This document shows, piece after piece, positions 29,823-39,300 of a stretch of 64,000 bases of DNA. Source of the stretch: Promethearchaeota archaeon (lineage in GTDB: Archaea > Asgardarchaeota > Lokiarchaeia > Sigyniarchaeales > SOKP01); NCBI GenBank assembly GCA_048941015.1, contig JBHLNZ010000003.1, positions 32,001 through 96,000 of the forward strand. The letters are read 5' to 3'. Both the position numbers and the translations under genes were made by a program. The notes under the pieces are model-generated. The model was not told where the DNA came from, ran no database searches, and worked only from the letters and a program-made list of their open reading frames with translations. How positions within the stretch are numbered: the stretch's first letter is position 1; every line of letters starts with the position of its first letter.

Positions 29823-30254
29823 ATGCCTCAAATTTTAAATTTTTCTATAACTGGACTAGAAGATTACACAATTAGCTTTGAGACTTACTGTTCTACATGT
29901 GATATTCAAAAGTACTGTAAGTATGGTAAAGAAACCCCTTTCAGTATATCAATAAATTGTGGGGATTTAAACCGAGCTAAAGAAAAGATTAAATTTGATC
30001 AACTTCAAAAATTACAAAAAAAAGAAGATGTGTCAGTCACATATGAAGAACTAGTAAAGAAGGTAAAAATTAATCTTCAAAATATTTTTAGTCAGATTTG
30101 GAAAGATAAAATTAAAGCTCAAAAAGAAGAACTTAGGTGTCTGGATTCTAGAAAAACAGATTCTATGCTTGTAGCTCAGCAAGGTCAGGATTGGTGGCAA
30201 GATTTCAATATAACTATGAAAGAAATTAATAATGAATGTGAAAAAATTGTCTAA
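29823..30254 (+). CDS. Hypothetical protein with N-terminal Cys cluster
   Basis: CSTC-x5-C...C, probably metal binding. Confidence 0.75.
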   Translation: MPQILNFSITGLEDYTISFETYCSTCDIQKYCKYGKETPFSISINCGDLNRAKEKIKFDQLQKLQKKEDVSVTYEELVKKVKINLQNIFSQIWKDKIKAQKEELRCLDSRKTDSMLVAQQGQDWWQDFNITMKEINNECEKIV

Positions 30255-30270
30255 AAAGGTTAAATAAAAA

Positions 30271-30855
30271 TTATTTTCCACGACCTTTATTAGCTCTTAT
30301 ACTAGGTCGCGTTTTTTCAGATCCCCATCCTCTCTTTCGTAATCCTCTAGCACGTTTCCCAGCAGAAGTTAAACCACGGGTAACTCTCTTGTTATGGGGG
30401 TTTTTAGATATCCAATTTATTTTAGGATCTGCTTTAATAACAGGATGATGAGGATCGACCATAATTACTTCGTAATACCAATTTTTTCCATCTGAATAAA
30501 CTTTATAGCTGTTTAAAACTTGCATATTAGGATATTTTCTTTGCACTCGTTCTTCAGCAATCCATTGTAAATTTTTTCCAGTAGTATATTTAGAAACACC
30601 CATAGCACGAGGCTTTCTTCCTCCTTTGGGTCTAACTTTATGCATTCCACCTTTTCTAACTCTCGCTCTAACAACTATATACCCTTGCTTAGCTTTATAA
30701 CCTAAAGATCTCGCGCGATGGAGTTTAGTGGGTCTCTCTACTCTCTCAACTGACTTTCCCTTTCTAAATTCAATTCCTCTTTTCCAATGAGGTGTTTGAT
30801 ACCCAGTATCATGTTTTTCAAAAGTTTCTTTTAAGTAATTATATCCAGACTTCAT
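30271..30855 (-). CDS. rpl15e: 50S ribosomal protein eL15
   Basis: [29 protein letters not shown]. Confidence 0.98.
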   Translation of the reverse strand: MKSGYNYLKETFEKHDTGYQTPHWKRGIEFRKGKSVERVERPTKLHRARSLGYKAKQGYIVVRARVRKGGMHKVRPKGGRKPRAMGVSKYTTGKNLQWIAEERVQRKYPNMQVLNSYKVYSDGKNWYYEVIMVDPHHPVIKADPKINWISKNPHNKRVTRGLTSAGKRARGLRKRGWGSEKTRPSIRANKGRGK

Positions 30856-31057
30856 TTTTTGAGGATTATTATTTAGTATTAAATACTGAAATTATCAAAA
30901 ATTAATTAATTTTATTATTTTATTTACTGAATTGATTCTAATTTATTTTTGAAATTATAAAGATCTTAGGGATTTCTATATTCAATAACAAATAACTATA
31001 TAATTTCAATTAAACTTATTTATTTTAAGTTGAAACATAGATATCATCAAATTTATT

Positions 31058-31522
31058 ATGCAAAATGATCAAGATAAAAAGAAGAAACCTTTTGATAAAC
31101 TTAAAATAACTAACAATGATGGATTAAATATTTCTTATGATCAAAAGCAACTTGAAGATCTTTATCCTAATTTAATGTCAGAAATTTCGAATAAAAAGAA
31201 AGCCTTAAAAATAAATTCAATAAGTTCTGTTCCTCAGGAGAATAAAAAAAAAGAAAATCATTTTAATAATTATAACGAAGATCTGAGTAATCCAGGTGCG
31301 ATAGACTTTATCCGACGATGTGAGAATGAAGAACAAGCGATCGAAATATTGAATTATCTTTTAAAAAGAAATGAAATTACAAATGATAAGTTTAACTTAT
31401 TAATGAATCAAATTGTTAAAAAAGACGGATTAAAAAGGCTTATAATCGAAAGTGGTGGTAAAAAAACTCCAGGTTATTATGAGAGAAACTATTATAAGAA
31501 CAAAAAATATAATCAATCATAA
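31058..31522 (+). CDS. DUF2095 family protein
   Basis: YPNL..E, NP.AIDFIRRC...EQA.EI..YL, KK.PGYY. Confidence 0.8.
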   Translation: MQNDQDKKKKPFDKLKITNNDGLNISYDQKQLEDLYPNLMSEISNKKKALKINSISSVPQENKKKENHFNNYNEDLSNPGAIDFIRRCENEEQAIEILNYLLKRNEITNDKFNLLMNQIVKKDGLKRLIIESGGKKTPGYYERNYYKNKKYNQS

Positions 31523-31541
31523 ACCACTGTAATTAATGATT

Positions 31542-31620
31542 TAGATTAATGATGAACTTATGACAAGTGTTTAGAGCTACTGCTCGTAGCAATGACGTTG
31601 TCGCCCCAATCTGAAATTTA
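31542..31620 (+). ncRNA. Box C/D guide sRNA, predicted target 23S rRNA G2251 equivalent
   Basis: Box C ATGATGA 31549-55; box D CTGA 31611-14; terminal stem TAGATT/AATTTA; guide TGTCGCCCCAA complementary to the P-loop UGGGGCGGCA. Confidence 0.85.
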
Positions 31621-31875
31621 AATTAAAGAAGCATTATTAATTTTTTTTATAAAATCAAAACCTTTTTGGGTTAAATTATACCCGTTTTCATTTTTAAATA
31701 TTAAATTCAGATCTAATAGCACTGGTATTCTACCCTTTATGCATTCTAAAGGAACTCCTGAGAAGATCTTTATCGTTTCAAAATCTCTAGCACCTTGACT
31801 AATAGCAATAAAAATTTCAACTCCCATATTTCCGAGTAAGTACTTAAGATTCGCGTAGTTATCTTCTTTAATCAA
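31618..31875 (-). CDS. Small winged-helix protein
   Basis: ...LLDLNLI...GYNLTQKG wing signature. Confidence 0.7.
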   Translation of the reverse strand: MIKEDNYANLKYLLGNMGVEIFIAISQGARDFETIKIFSGVPLECIKGRIPVLLDLNLIFKNENGYNLTQKGFDFIKKINNASLI

Positions 31876-31917
31876 TTTATCATACCTAATTTTAATTTTA
31901 TTTTAAAATATTTGAAA

Positions 31918-33078
31918 TTAAATCTTTTTAGGTTCATATTTCTTCGCAACTACGGGTTTCGATTCTTTTGGTAATAATTTCCTTAAATACTCTGGAAAAG
32001 AAGTTGTTATTTGAATATTTGTTTTTAAAACAATATATCTTTCACTTTTATATTTTAATTCTTCAATAACATCATATTTTTTAAGAAAATCTAGAGAAGA
32101 ATTTAAATATTCTAATGTTCTTTTTGAAACTAAATTAGGTAATTTATCTCTAGGAATTAATCCATTTCTTAATTCGGATAAGACATTATATTTTTTAGGA
32201 TCTGATACTATTTGAAATAAAGTAAACGTATCTTCCTCCAACTTTTCTTTACCCATATTTTCATATTGACTAAAATATTCTTGAACCTTTGGAAGTAAAA
32301 TATCTATTAAATCTCTCTCAACTTGCTCTGAAGCTTCTTCCAGATATTCAATCACACTATCAGGAGGTATTCTTTCAGCATTTACTTCTTTTAATAATAA
32401 AACGTATTTTTCAACAATCCCAATTTGATTAATAAAAATGAACTGTTTTTCAACCAAAATATCAATTAATTCATTAAAGCTCAATTTAGGGAAATTTTCA
32501 ATAAACCATTCTCTCAGACCTTCTGATGTGATAGGACCCTTAGACAATTTTTTTAGGGTTAAAAAAATATGTTTTTTATTCAATAATGCTGCAATTTTTT
32601 CTTCTTCACTTTTTTCTCTAGTTTCTTCAACAGCACCCCAGTACAACTCTTTTACCCATAATTTGACCAATGAATTATTCGTATGAATAATTTCTTTATC
32701 TTTTTCTTCAAAATTATTTATATCATTAATATAAAAAGCGGTAAATATCTCCTCATTAGATTTAAGCCTTTCGGAAAATTCTTCGAGCAAACCTAAAATG
32801 CTTTGTTCGATTTCTGGATTTGTTTGTTGGTTGAAAATTAATGATACCATTAACATGTCTTGATTTCCTCTTGCCCAATCAGAATGAATTTCGAAATAAT
32901 AATTCATTGAATTTTTGCTTTCGAAAGAATGAGTAAAAAAACCTTCACTAACAGTCTGATCCATAATGTTTGCTATTCTAAGTGATAATGCATCATCTAG
33001 CATTGATTCAGGATATGAATAAAATACGATAGGTCCAATTTTTCGATGAAAGTATGAAAGAGCGGCAATGGTTTTCAA
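31918..33078 (-). CDS. Longin/uDENN-like domain protein (FLCN/SMCR8/NPRL2-like) with C-terminal winged-helix-like repeats
   Basis: F...IGP.V...YP start, FFTHSF...NYYF..DWARG..L.VSLI; two wHTH-like segments. Confidence 0.7.
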   Translation of the reverse strand: MKTIAALSYFHRKIGPIVFYSYPESMLDDALSLRIANIMDQTVSEGFFTHSFESKNSMNYYFEIHSDWARGNQDMLMVSLIFNQQTNPEIEQSILGLLEEFSERLKSNEEIFTAFYINDINNFEEKDKEIIHTNNSLVKLWVKELYWGAVEETREKSEEEKIAALLNKKHIFLTLKKLSKGPITSEGLREWFIENFPKLSFNELIDILVEKQFIFINQIGIVEKYVLLLKEVNAERIPPDSVIEYLEEASEQVERDLIDILLPKVQEYFSQYENMGKEKLEEDTFTLFQIVSDPKKYNVLSELRNGLIPRDKLPNLVSKRTLEYLNSSLDFLKKYDVIEELKYKSERYIVLKTNIQITTSFPEYLRKLLPKESKPVVAKKYEPKKI

Positions 33079-33293
33079 TTAAGAGATCTCCACCAAAAAT
33101 TTGTATTTTTTTCCAAATAAATATGTTAATTTTTTATAATAAGACCCAAATTAAATTAATATTAAAGATTATATATTCTTAAAGATAAATAAATTTATCT
33201 TGACCAAATCCCTGTTAACAATAGAAAAGGATTTAAGTTAATAATAGAATTCAATAATTTATAATTAGAAATTAATCAATTTTGTAAATAGGA

Positions 33294-34037
33294 ATGAGTT
33301 CAATAAAACTGGTAGCATTCGATCTTGATGATTGCCTTTTTGACTCAACTGGCTTATCTGAGCGCGCAAGAGTTAAAGGAATAGATGCTATGATTAATCT
33401 GGGATTAAATGTTGAACGTGAGAAGGCAATAGATATGATTCAAGAAATAGTTCAAGAATATGGATCCAACTCTTCTAAACACTACAATTATTTTATAAAA
33501 AGGCTTAATGAACTTGAAAATATGGAGGTTTCTTTTAATAATCAAGTAAAATACATAGCTGTAGCAGTCATGGCCTATCATCAAGAAAAAATTGATTCTA
33601 TAAAACTTTTTGATGATGTAAGACCATGTTTAAACAAATTAAAATTATTGGGATTAAAATCAGCAATAATTACCGACTCACCCTTACCAATAAAACAATA
33701 TGAAAAAATATTAAGATTAAATATTGATAATCTTATTGATTCAGTAATAATATCTGATGAAATAGGAATAAGAAAGCCAAATCCAAAGTTATTCTCTTTT
33801 TGTTTAAAAAAGTTTAATGTAAAAGGTTCTGAAACACTTTATATAGGGGATAACTTAAATAATGATATTACTCCTGCGAAAATCAATTCTATTCATAGCA
33901 TTTATATTCATCGTGGAGGAAAATATGATTTTGATAAAACAAGTGAAGAACCTAATCAAAAAAATAAACCAGATTATGAGATTTATAACCTTGATGAAAT
34001 TTTTAAAATAATTGAGCAAATAAATAAAAAATCATAA
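33294..34037 (+). CDS. HAD-IA family hydrolase
   Basis: FDLDDCL, ITD, KPNP, IGDN..NDI. Confidence 0.92.
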   Translation: MSSIKLVAFDLDDCLFDSTGLSERARVKGIDAMINLGLNVEREKAIDMIQEIVQEYGSNSSKHYNYFIKRLNELENMEVSFNNQVKYIAVAVMAYHQEKIDSIKLFDDVRPCLNKLKLLGLKSAIITDSPLPIKQYEKILRLNIDNLIDSVIISDEIGIRKPNPKLFSFCLKKFNVKGSETLYIGDNLNNDITPAKINSIHSIYIHRGGKYDFDKTSEEPNQKNKPDYEIYNLDEIFKIIEQINKKS

Positions 34038-34049
34038 TTTTAATAAAAA

Positions 34050-34865
34050 ATGCTAAAAATTGCTTGTATACAACCTAAAGTATATAATACTAAGAAGGAA
34101 TGCTATAAAGAAATCGAACTTCTATTAAAAAATTTATTAGAAGAATTTCATAGCTGTGAAATTATTTGCCTACCTGAAAGATGGGTTCCGATTAATGATA
34201 GTTTAGCAAAAAATATTCAGGAAGAAAAGGGAGAAGATTACAATTTTATCAAAAATTTAGCTAAGGAATACAATATTAGTATTATTTCTGGAGGAATCTG
34301 GGAAAAAAGAAAAAAGAATAATAAATCAAAAATAACAAGTTACTTTTTCAATGAGCATGGTGAAGAGATAGGAAGACAGGATAAAATTCATCTCTACTCA
34401 TATGAAAAAGAGCAATTTGAACCCGGAAATGAATTAATAATATTCAAATATAATCATTTTAATTTTGCTATATTAATTTGTTTTGATATGGCATTTTTCG
34501 AAACGCCAAGATTAGCTATTGAAAACGGCGCCGATTTTCTAATTTCCCCTACTCAAATCAGAAAAGAGGGCATGGAAAATTGGGACATTTATTTAAGAGC
34601 ACGAGCTCTTGAGAATAGAGTACCTATTATAGGGTGTAATACTTTTGGGAACTTTTTTAAAAGAACTTTCACAGGAAATAGCAAGATAATTTCTTTTATT
34701 GAAGGCTATATTTCCCCATCTAAATTGAGAATAATTCAGGCACCAAAAAATAAAAGTGGAATAATTTATGATAAAATAGATCTAAATTTTCCGAGGAAAT
34801 TAAGAAAACTAAGACTAGTTGAAACTATTGAAAAGAATATAATAAAAGTGAGAAAAATTTTTTAA
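34050..34865 (+). CDS. Carbon-nitrogen hydrolase (nitrilase) family
   Basis: LPE, KIHL, ICFD catalytic triad, RALEN. Confidence 0.92.
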   Translation: MLKIACIQPKVYNTKKECYKEIELLLKNLLEEFHSCEIICLPERWVPINDSLAKNIQEEKGEDYNFIKNLAKEYNISIISGGIWEKRKKNNKSKITSYFFNEHGEEIGRQDKIHLYSYEKEQFEPGNELIIFKYNHFNFAILICFDMAFFETPRLAIENGADFLISPTQIRKEGMENWDIYLRARALENRVPIIGCNTFGNFFKRTFTGNSKIISFIEGYISPSKLRIIQAPKNKSGIIYDKIDLNFPRKLRKLRLVETIEKNIIKVRKIF

Positions 34866-34994
34866 AAATTTATTAATTTGAAATTATTCATTCGATTTTT
34901 TAATAATTTTATATTCAATCATTTTTAATTTTACTTCCAATGACCTCTCTCTGTGGGGGGGTTTAAATACTTCTATCTAAATTAAAATTAAAAA

Positions 34995-36164
34995 TTGAAA
35001 ATTAATATGATTGTAGAACCAAATCATTCTAAAAGCTATATTGGTCCTAAAGCCATTTTTGATCCTAATTATGTCCCTAAACAAATTCTCTTCAGAAGTC
35101 AAGAAGTTCACTCTTTATACTCTATTCTAAATGATTCCTTTTCGGATAATTTTTGTTTAAATATTTTATACCAGGGAATTCAAGGGATTGGAAAAAAAGT
35201 AATTGTTAATAGGGTACTCAAAGATCTTTCAATTCAAAATAGTAATGATTTAAGTCTTAAACAAATTACAGTTGACTGTAAACAAAAGAGTTTTGAAGAA
35301 ATACTCGTTGCAATATTAACTGAGATTAATGGAATCTGTAATTTTAGTTTAAATTTCAATTGTTTAATAAATTCAAATATTTCCAATCTATGGAATTTAT
35401 TTAAATTAGCATGTACAAAGATTAATTCAAATTTACTCTTTGTATTCAATAATATAGAAACCTTGTCTCCAGAACTTTTGAAAAAGCTTTTGCAATATGG
35501 AAAAGAGAAGAAAATAAGTTTTATTTCAACTATTAATAAAGTTTTAAAACCATCAAGTTTAGATCTTCTGAATAATTTTGATTTAACTAAAAAATTAGGA
35601 TATTATTCTTATCAACAATTATTTGAAATCCTAAAGCAAAGAGCATCAATAACTTTTTTAAATCAAATTGATAAAGAAATCATTGAAATTATAACAGATT
35701 TAATCTTTGAGCACTATGTACCAGTTCCTGGAAAGGGTATAGAGATTTTAAAAGAGATATACCCCGTTTTAAATGAAAAAAGTAAGTATAATAATCTTGA
35801 AATCCTTGAAATTATAAAAAACCAATTTGATTCTATCCAGTTATCAGATGAATTTAATTTACTCACCTATATTTCAGACGAAGAATTATTAACTATTCTC
35901 TTTTTAGATAATATTTCGAGTTATTTTTTAAAGAATAGTCATTATTATATAACTTCAAAGAAATTAAAAGAGCTTTATTATATTTCATGTGAAACTATAG
36001 AATACGACAAAATTTTAGAACATTTTTATGATATTGTAAAAAAGTTTCAAAATATTGGTATACTTAGTTTATCTAAAAGAAATTTTAGCGGTAAATTATT
36101 TTTCTTGGTAATAAACCCTAAAAGATTAAAAACAATTGTTGACACAATCTTCAAGAATTTTTAA
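34995..36164 (+). CDS. Divergent Orc1/Cdc6-like protein, probably ATPase-dead
   Basis: FDPNYVP...FR..E N-terminus; Walker A GIQGIGKK; Walker B FVFNNIE; Y...L.EIL..R; C-terminal wHTH. Confidence 0.8.
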   Translation: MKINMIVEPNHSKSYIGPKAIFDPNYVPKQILFRSQEVHSLYSILNDSFSDNFCLNILYQGIQGIGKKVIVNRVLKDLSIQNSNDLSLKQITVDCKQKSFEEILVAILTEINGICNFSLNFNCLINSNISNLWNLFKLACTKINSNLLFVFNNIETLSPELLKKLLQYGKEKKISFISTINKVLKPSSLDLLNNFDLTKKLGYYSYQQLFEILKQRASITFLNQIDKEIIEIITDLIFEHYVPVPGKGIEILKEIYPVLNEKSKYNNLEILEIIKNQFDSIQLSDEFNLLTYISDEELLTILFLDNISSYFLKNSHYYITSKKLKELYYISCETIEYDKILEHFYDIVKKFQNIGILSLSKRNFSGKLFFLVINPKRLKTIVDTIFKNF

Positions 36165-36377
36165 TAATTTGATTCCAACAATTAGAGATCAGAATCGAAA
36201 CTTTGACGCTTCAAAAACCATTACAACTATTAATAAGTAAAAACGTTGTGATTCTTTTTTTAGAAATGAAATCTATTATTGAAGGTAAAACCTTATCTTT
36301 TCAATTACTCACTACATATATATAGACGTAATAACTCTTTATTTTTAAATAAAACATCAATAAATGGAGATTAAAAT

Positions 36378-39300
36378 TTGACACACATAAAGAAAATTTC
36401 TATGACGGGATTTAAATCATTTGGAGATCGGACAGTTACAATTAGACTTTCAAGCGGATTTACTTGTATTGTAGGACCAAATGGAGCTGGAAAGTCTAAC
36501 ATCATTGATGCCTTAACTTTTGCTTTAGGAAGATTAAGTAAAAAAACCATGCGAGCGAAATCATTAGAGGATCTTATTTTTGCAGGATCAAGAGGAAAGA
36601 ATCCTTCCAATAGAGCTACTGTAACCTTGTATTTCGATAATTCTGATAAAGAATTTCCAGGGGATTCTGACACTTTTGAAATATCACGAACAATTAAAAG
36701 AGGGGGAGGCGGAGGATATAAAATGAACGGGGAAAAAACAACTAGACAGCAAATTCTAAATGCTTTGGCTGCAGCAAATATAGATCCTGATGGTAGTAAT
36801 CAATTTGTACTTCAAGGAAAAATAGTTGAATTAACCCACATGAATCAAGAAGAAAGAAGAACTTTTATTGAGGATCTTATCGGGTTACAGAAGTATGATG
36901 AAATGAAGGATGCAACAATGAAAGAATTAGAAAAAGCAGAACGCGATTTGGGACAGTTTGAAGCGATTTTCAAGGAGGTCTCATCACAATTGAAAAAAGT
37001 TGAAAAAGAGAAAAATGATGCTATTGCTTGGAAAGAACTTGATGAAAAAATTAAACATTATAACGCCCAATTAATCGCACTAAAAATATCTAAATTAAGA
37101 AACGAAGAACAAGAAATAGAGGTTAAGATAGAAGAGTCAAATAAAGTAATCGAAGAATTAGAAGAAAGAATAACAAGACAAGAAGACGTATTAAAACAAG
37201 AATCACTTATCATGGAAAATATTCAAAAGACTATTACGGAAAAGGAAAAAGAGAGAGAAATCATAAATGAAAATATAACGCAATATAAAACTCAACTCTC
37301 TTCAAACCAGACAACCTTAAAATTAGCTCAAAAATCAATTGACAAATTAAGTCTAGAAATTAAGAACTTAGAAACTATGCTAATGGAGCTTGAGGACGGT
37401 CAGACATTTGAATTATTAATCGATGAAAAAAAAAGTGAAATCTCAAAGACCGAAAGTCTTATAGAAGATTCTAAAAAGGAAATAGAATTAAGACAACAAA
37501 ATCAATCTGAACTCGATCTTAAAATTAAAAATAATGAGGATATGAAATCCTCTCATAAGGCAGAAATTTCGAATATTAAACAAAATATCTCTTCAAATAA
37601 AGCCCAAATAAAATTACTAAGGGATTCAATAAAGAAAAATGAAGAAAAAAGGAAAAAGTTAGAAATAGATTTAAATAAATTAAAGGGTGAAGCAGAAAGC
37701 ATTGATGACGCAATTGTCAATACGAAGAAGGAAGAGAACGAAGCTAGAAGTAAAATTGACGATTTAAAATCTAAAATTTCCGAAGAGAACAAGAAACAAA
37801 AGGATTTAGAAAATAAAATTAAAGATTTTCAAGATCAAAAATATCAATTGAATACCAAACTTGTTGATTTACAATCTTCTTTATCTTCCTTAAATACTGA
37901 AATTAAAATGAATAGGGATAGAATTGATAAGCTAAATTCTAAGAAAGGATTAATAGAAAATAAAATTAAAGAATTGAGTAAAGGAAAAGATACTGAAGAA
38001 GTCATTAAAGACCTATTGAAAGAGAAAGACAAGATAATTAAAGATCTGAATGAGTTAAAGAAAGAATCCAAAGAAGAAGATTCAAAATACAGGCAAAATG
38101 AACAAAATTTAGATCTATTAATCATGAAACAAGATTCTATTCAATCAGAAATAATTGACAATAAATCTAAAATTGAAAATATAAAGACTAAATTAAAATT
38201 ATCTAAAAGAGAACTAACAAACTTAGAAAGAGAAAAACGAGATTTGGAATTAAAAGTTAATACTTTAAAATCTAATATTAAGAAAGATGAAAATGAAATC
38301 CAGAATTTAGATAGTAAAAAAGATAATATTTTAAGACGTTTAGATGATCTCTCTTCAGAAAAAGATAATTTAATATCGAAGATTGAAAATACTGAGAAGG
38401 AATATGAAAGGAATACTGAAGATGTTACTGGAATCCTCCAAATTTTAAACATGCTAACTCAAAATATTAATATCTCTGTTGAATCGATTAAAAGTAATAT
38501 TCAGCAATCAAATGCAGAAGCAATTGAAACTTCTGCTGAAGATTTTAGAAAATTTGTGTTAGATATAGTAGATATAATGAAATCTGTAGAAGATGTAAGT
38601 GAAGAAGGAGAAAAATCATCAGAAATGTCCGAAATGCTAAATTCAATATTACAAACATTAAAACTTTTTACCGAAAATGTTGATTCAACAATCGGTCAAC
38701 TAATAGGTAAGGTAAAAGAATCTGCTGATGTTGAGATACAACAATCAACCGCAACTTTTGATAGTTTTGTTCAAGATTTAATGGAAATACTGGAAAATGT
38801 ATATCTTTCTCTAAGAAAGTTAACCATGTCTAAAAGTCAAGAATTATATCAACAATTAGAAGAAATTTCGGATAATATTGGTTCTCAAACAAATGATTTA
38901 AATAATCTTGAGAAAAGTCTTACGAAACTGGACACTGAAAAAAAGCATAACACCGAAAGTCTTAATTTAAATTCAAAAAGGCTTGAAATAGTTAATACAA
39001 GAGTTATTGAATTAAAAAATAATATTGAAAAATTTGATAAAGAAATCGATCAAAGAAATAAAATTATTGATGAAAAGCTAAAACAAAATTTTGAGAAGGA
39101 GATTCTAGACTTAAAAAGGAATAAAGAGCTATATTGGGAAAATGTATCTAAAATCCAAGAAGAGATAGATCTTAAACAAAAGAATCTCGATGAATTACAA
39201 GAAAAACATCAAGAATTAAGAGGTATTCAAAATTTATTTGAAAATGTATTAGAGATTGAAAATAATATCCAAGATTTAAATAGCTCGATAGAAGAGAAGA

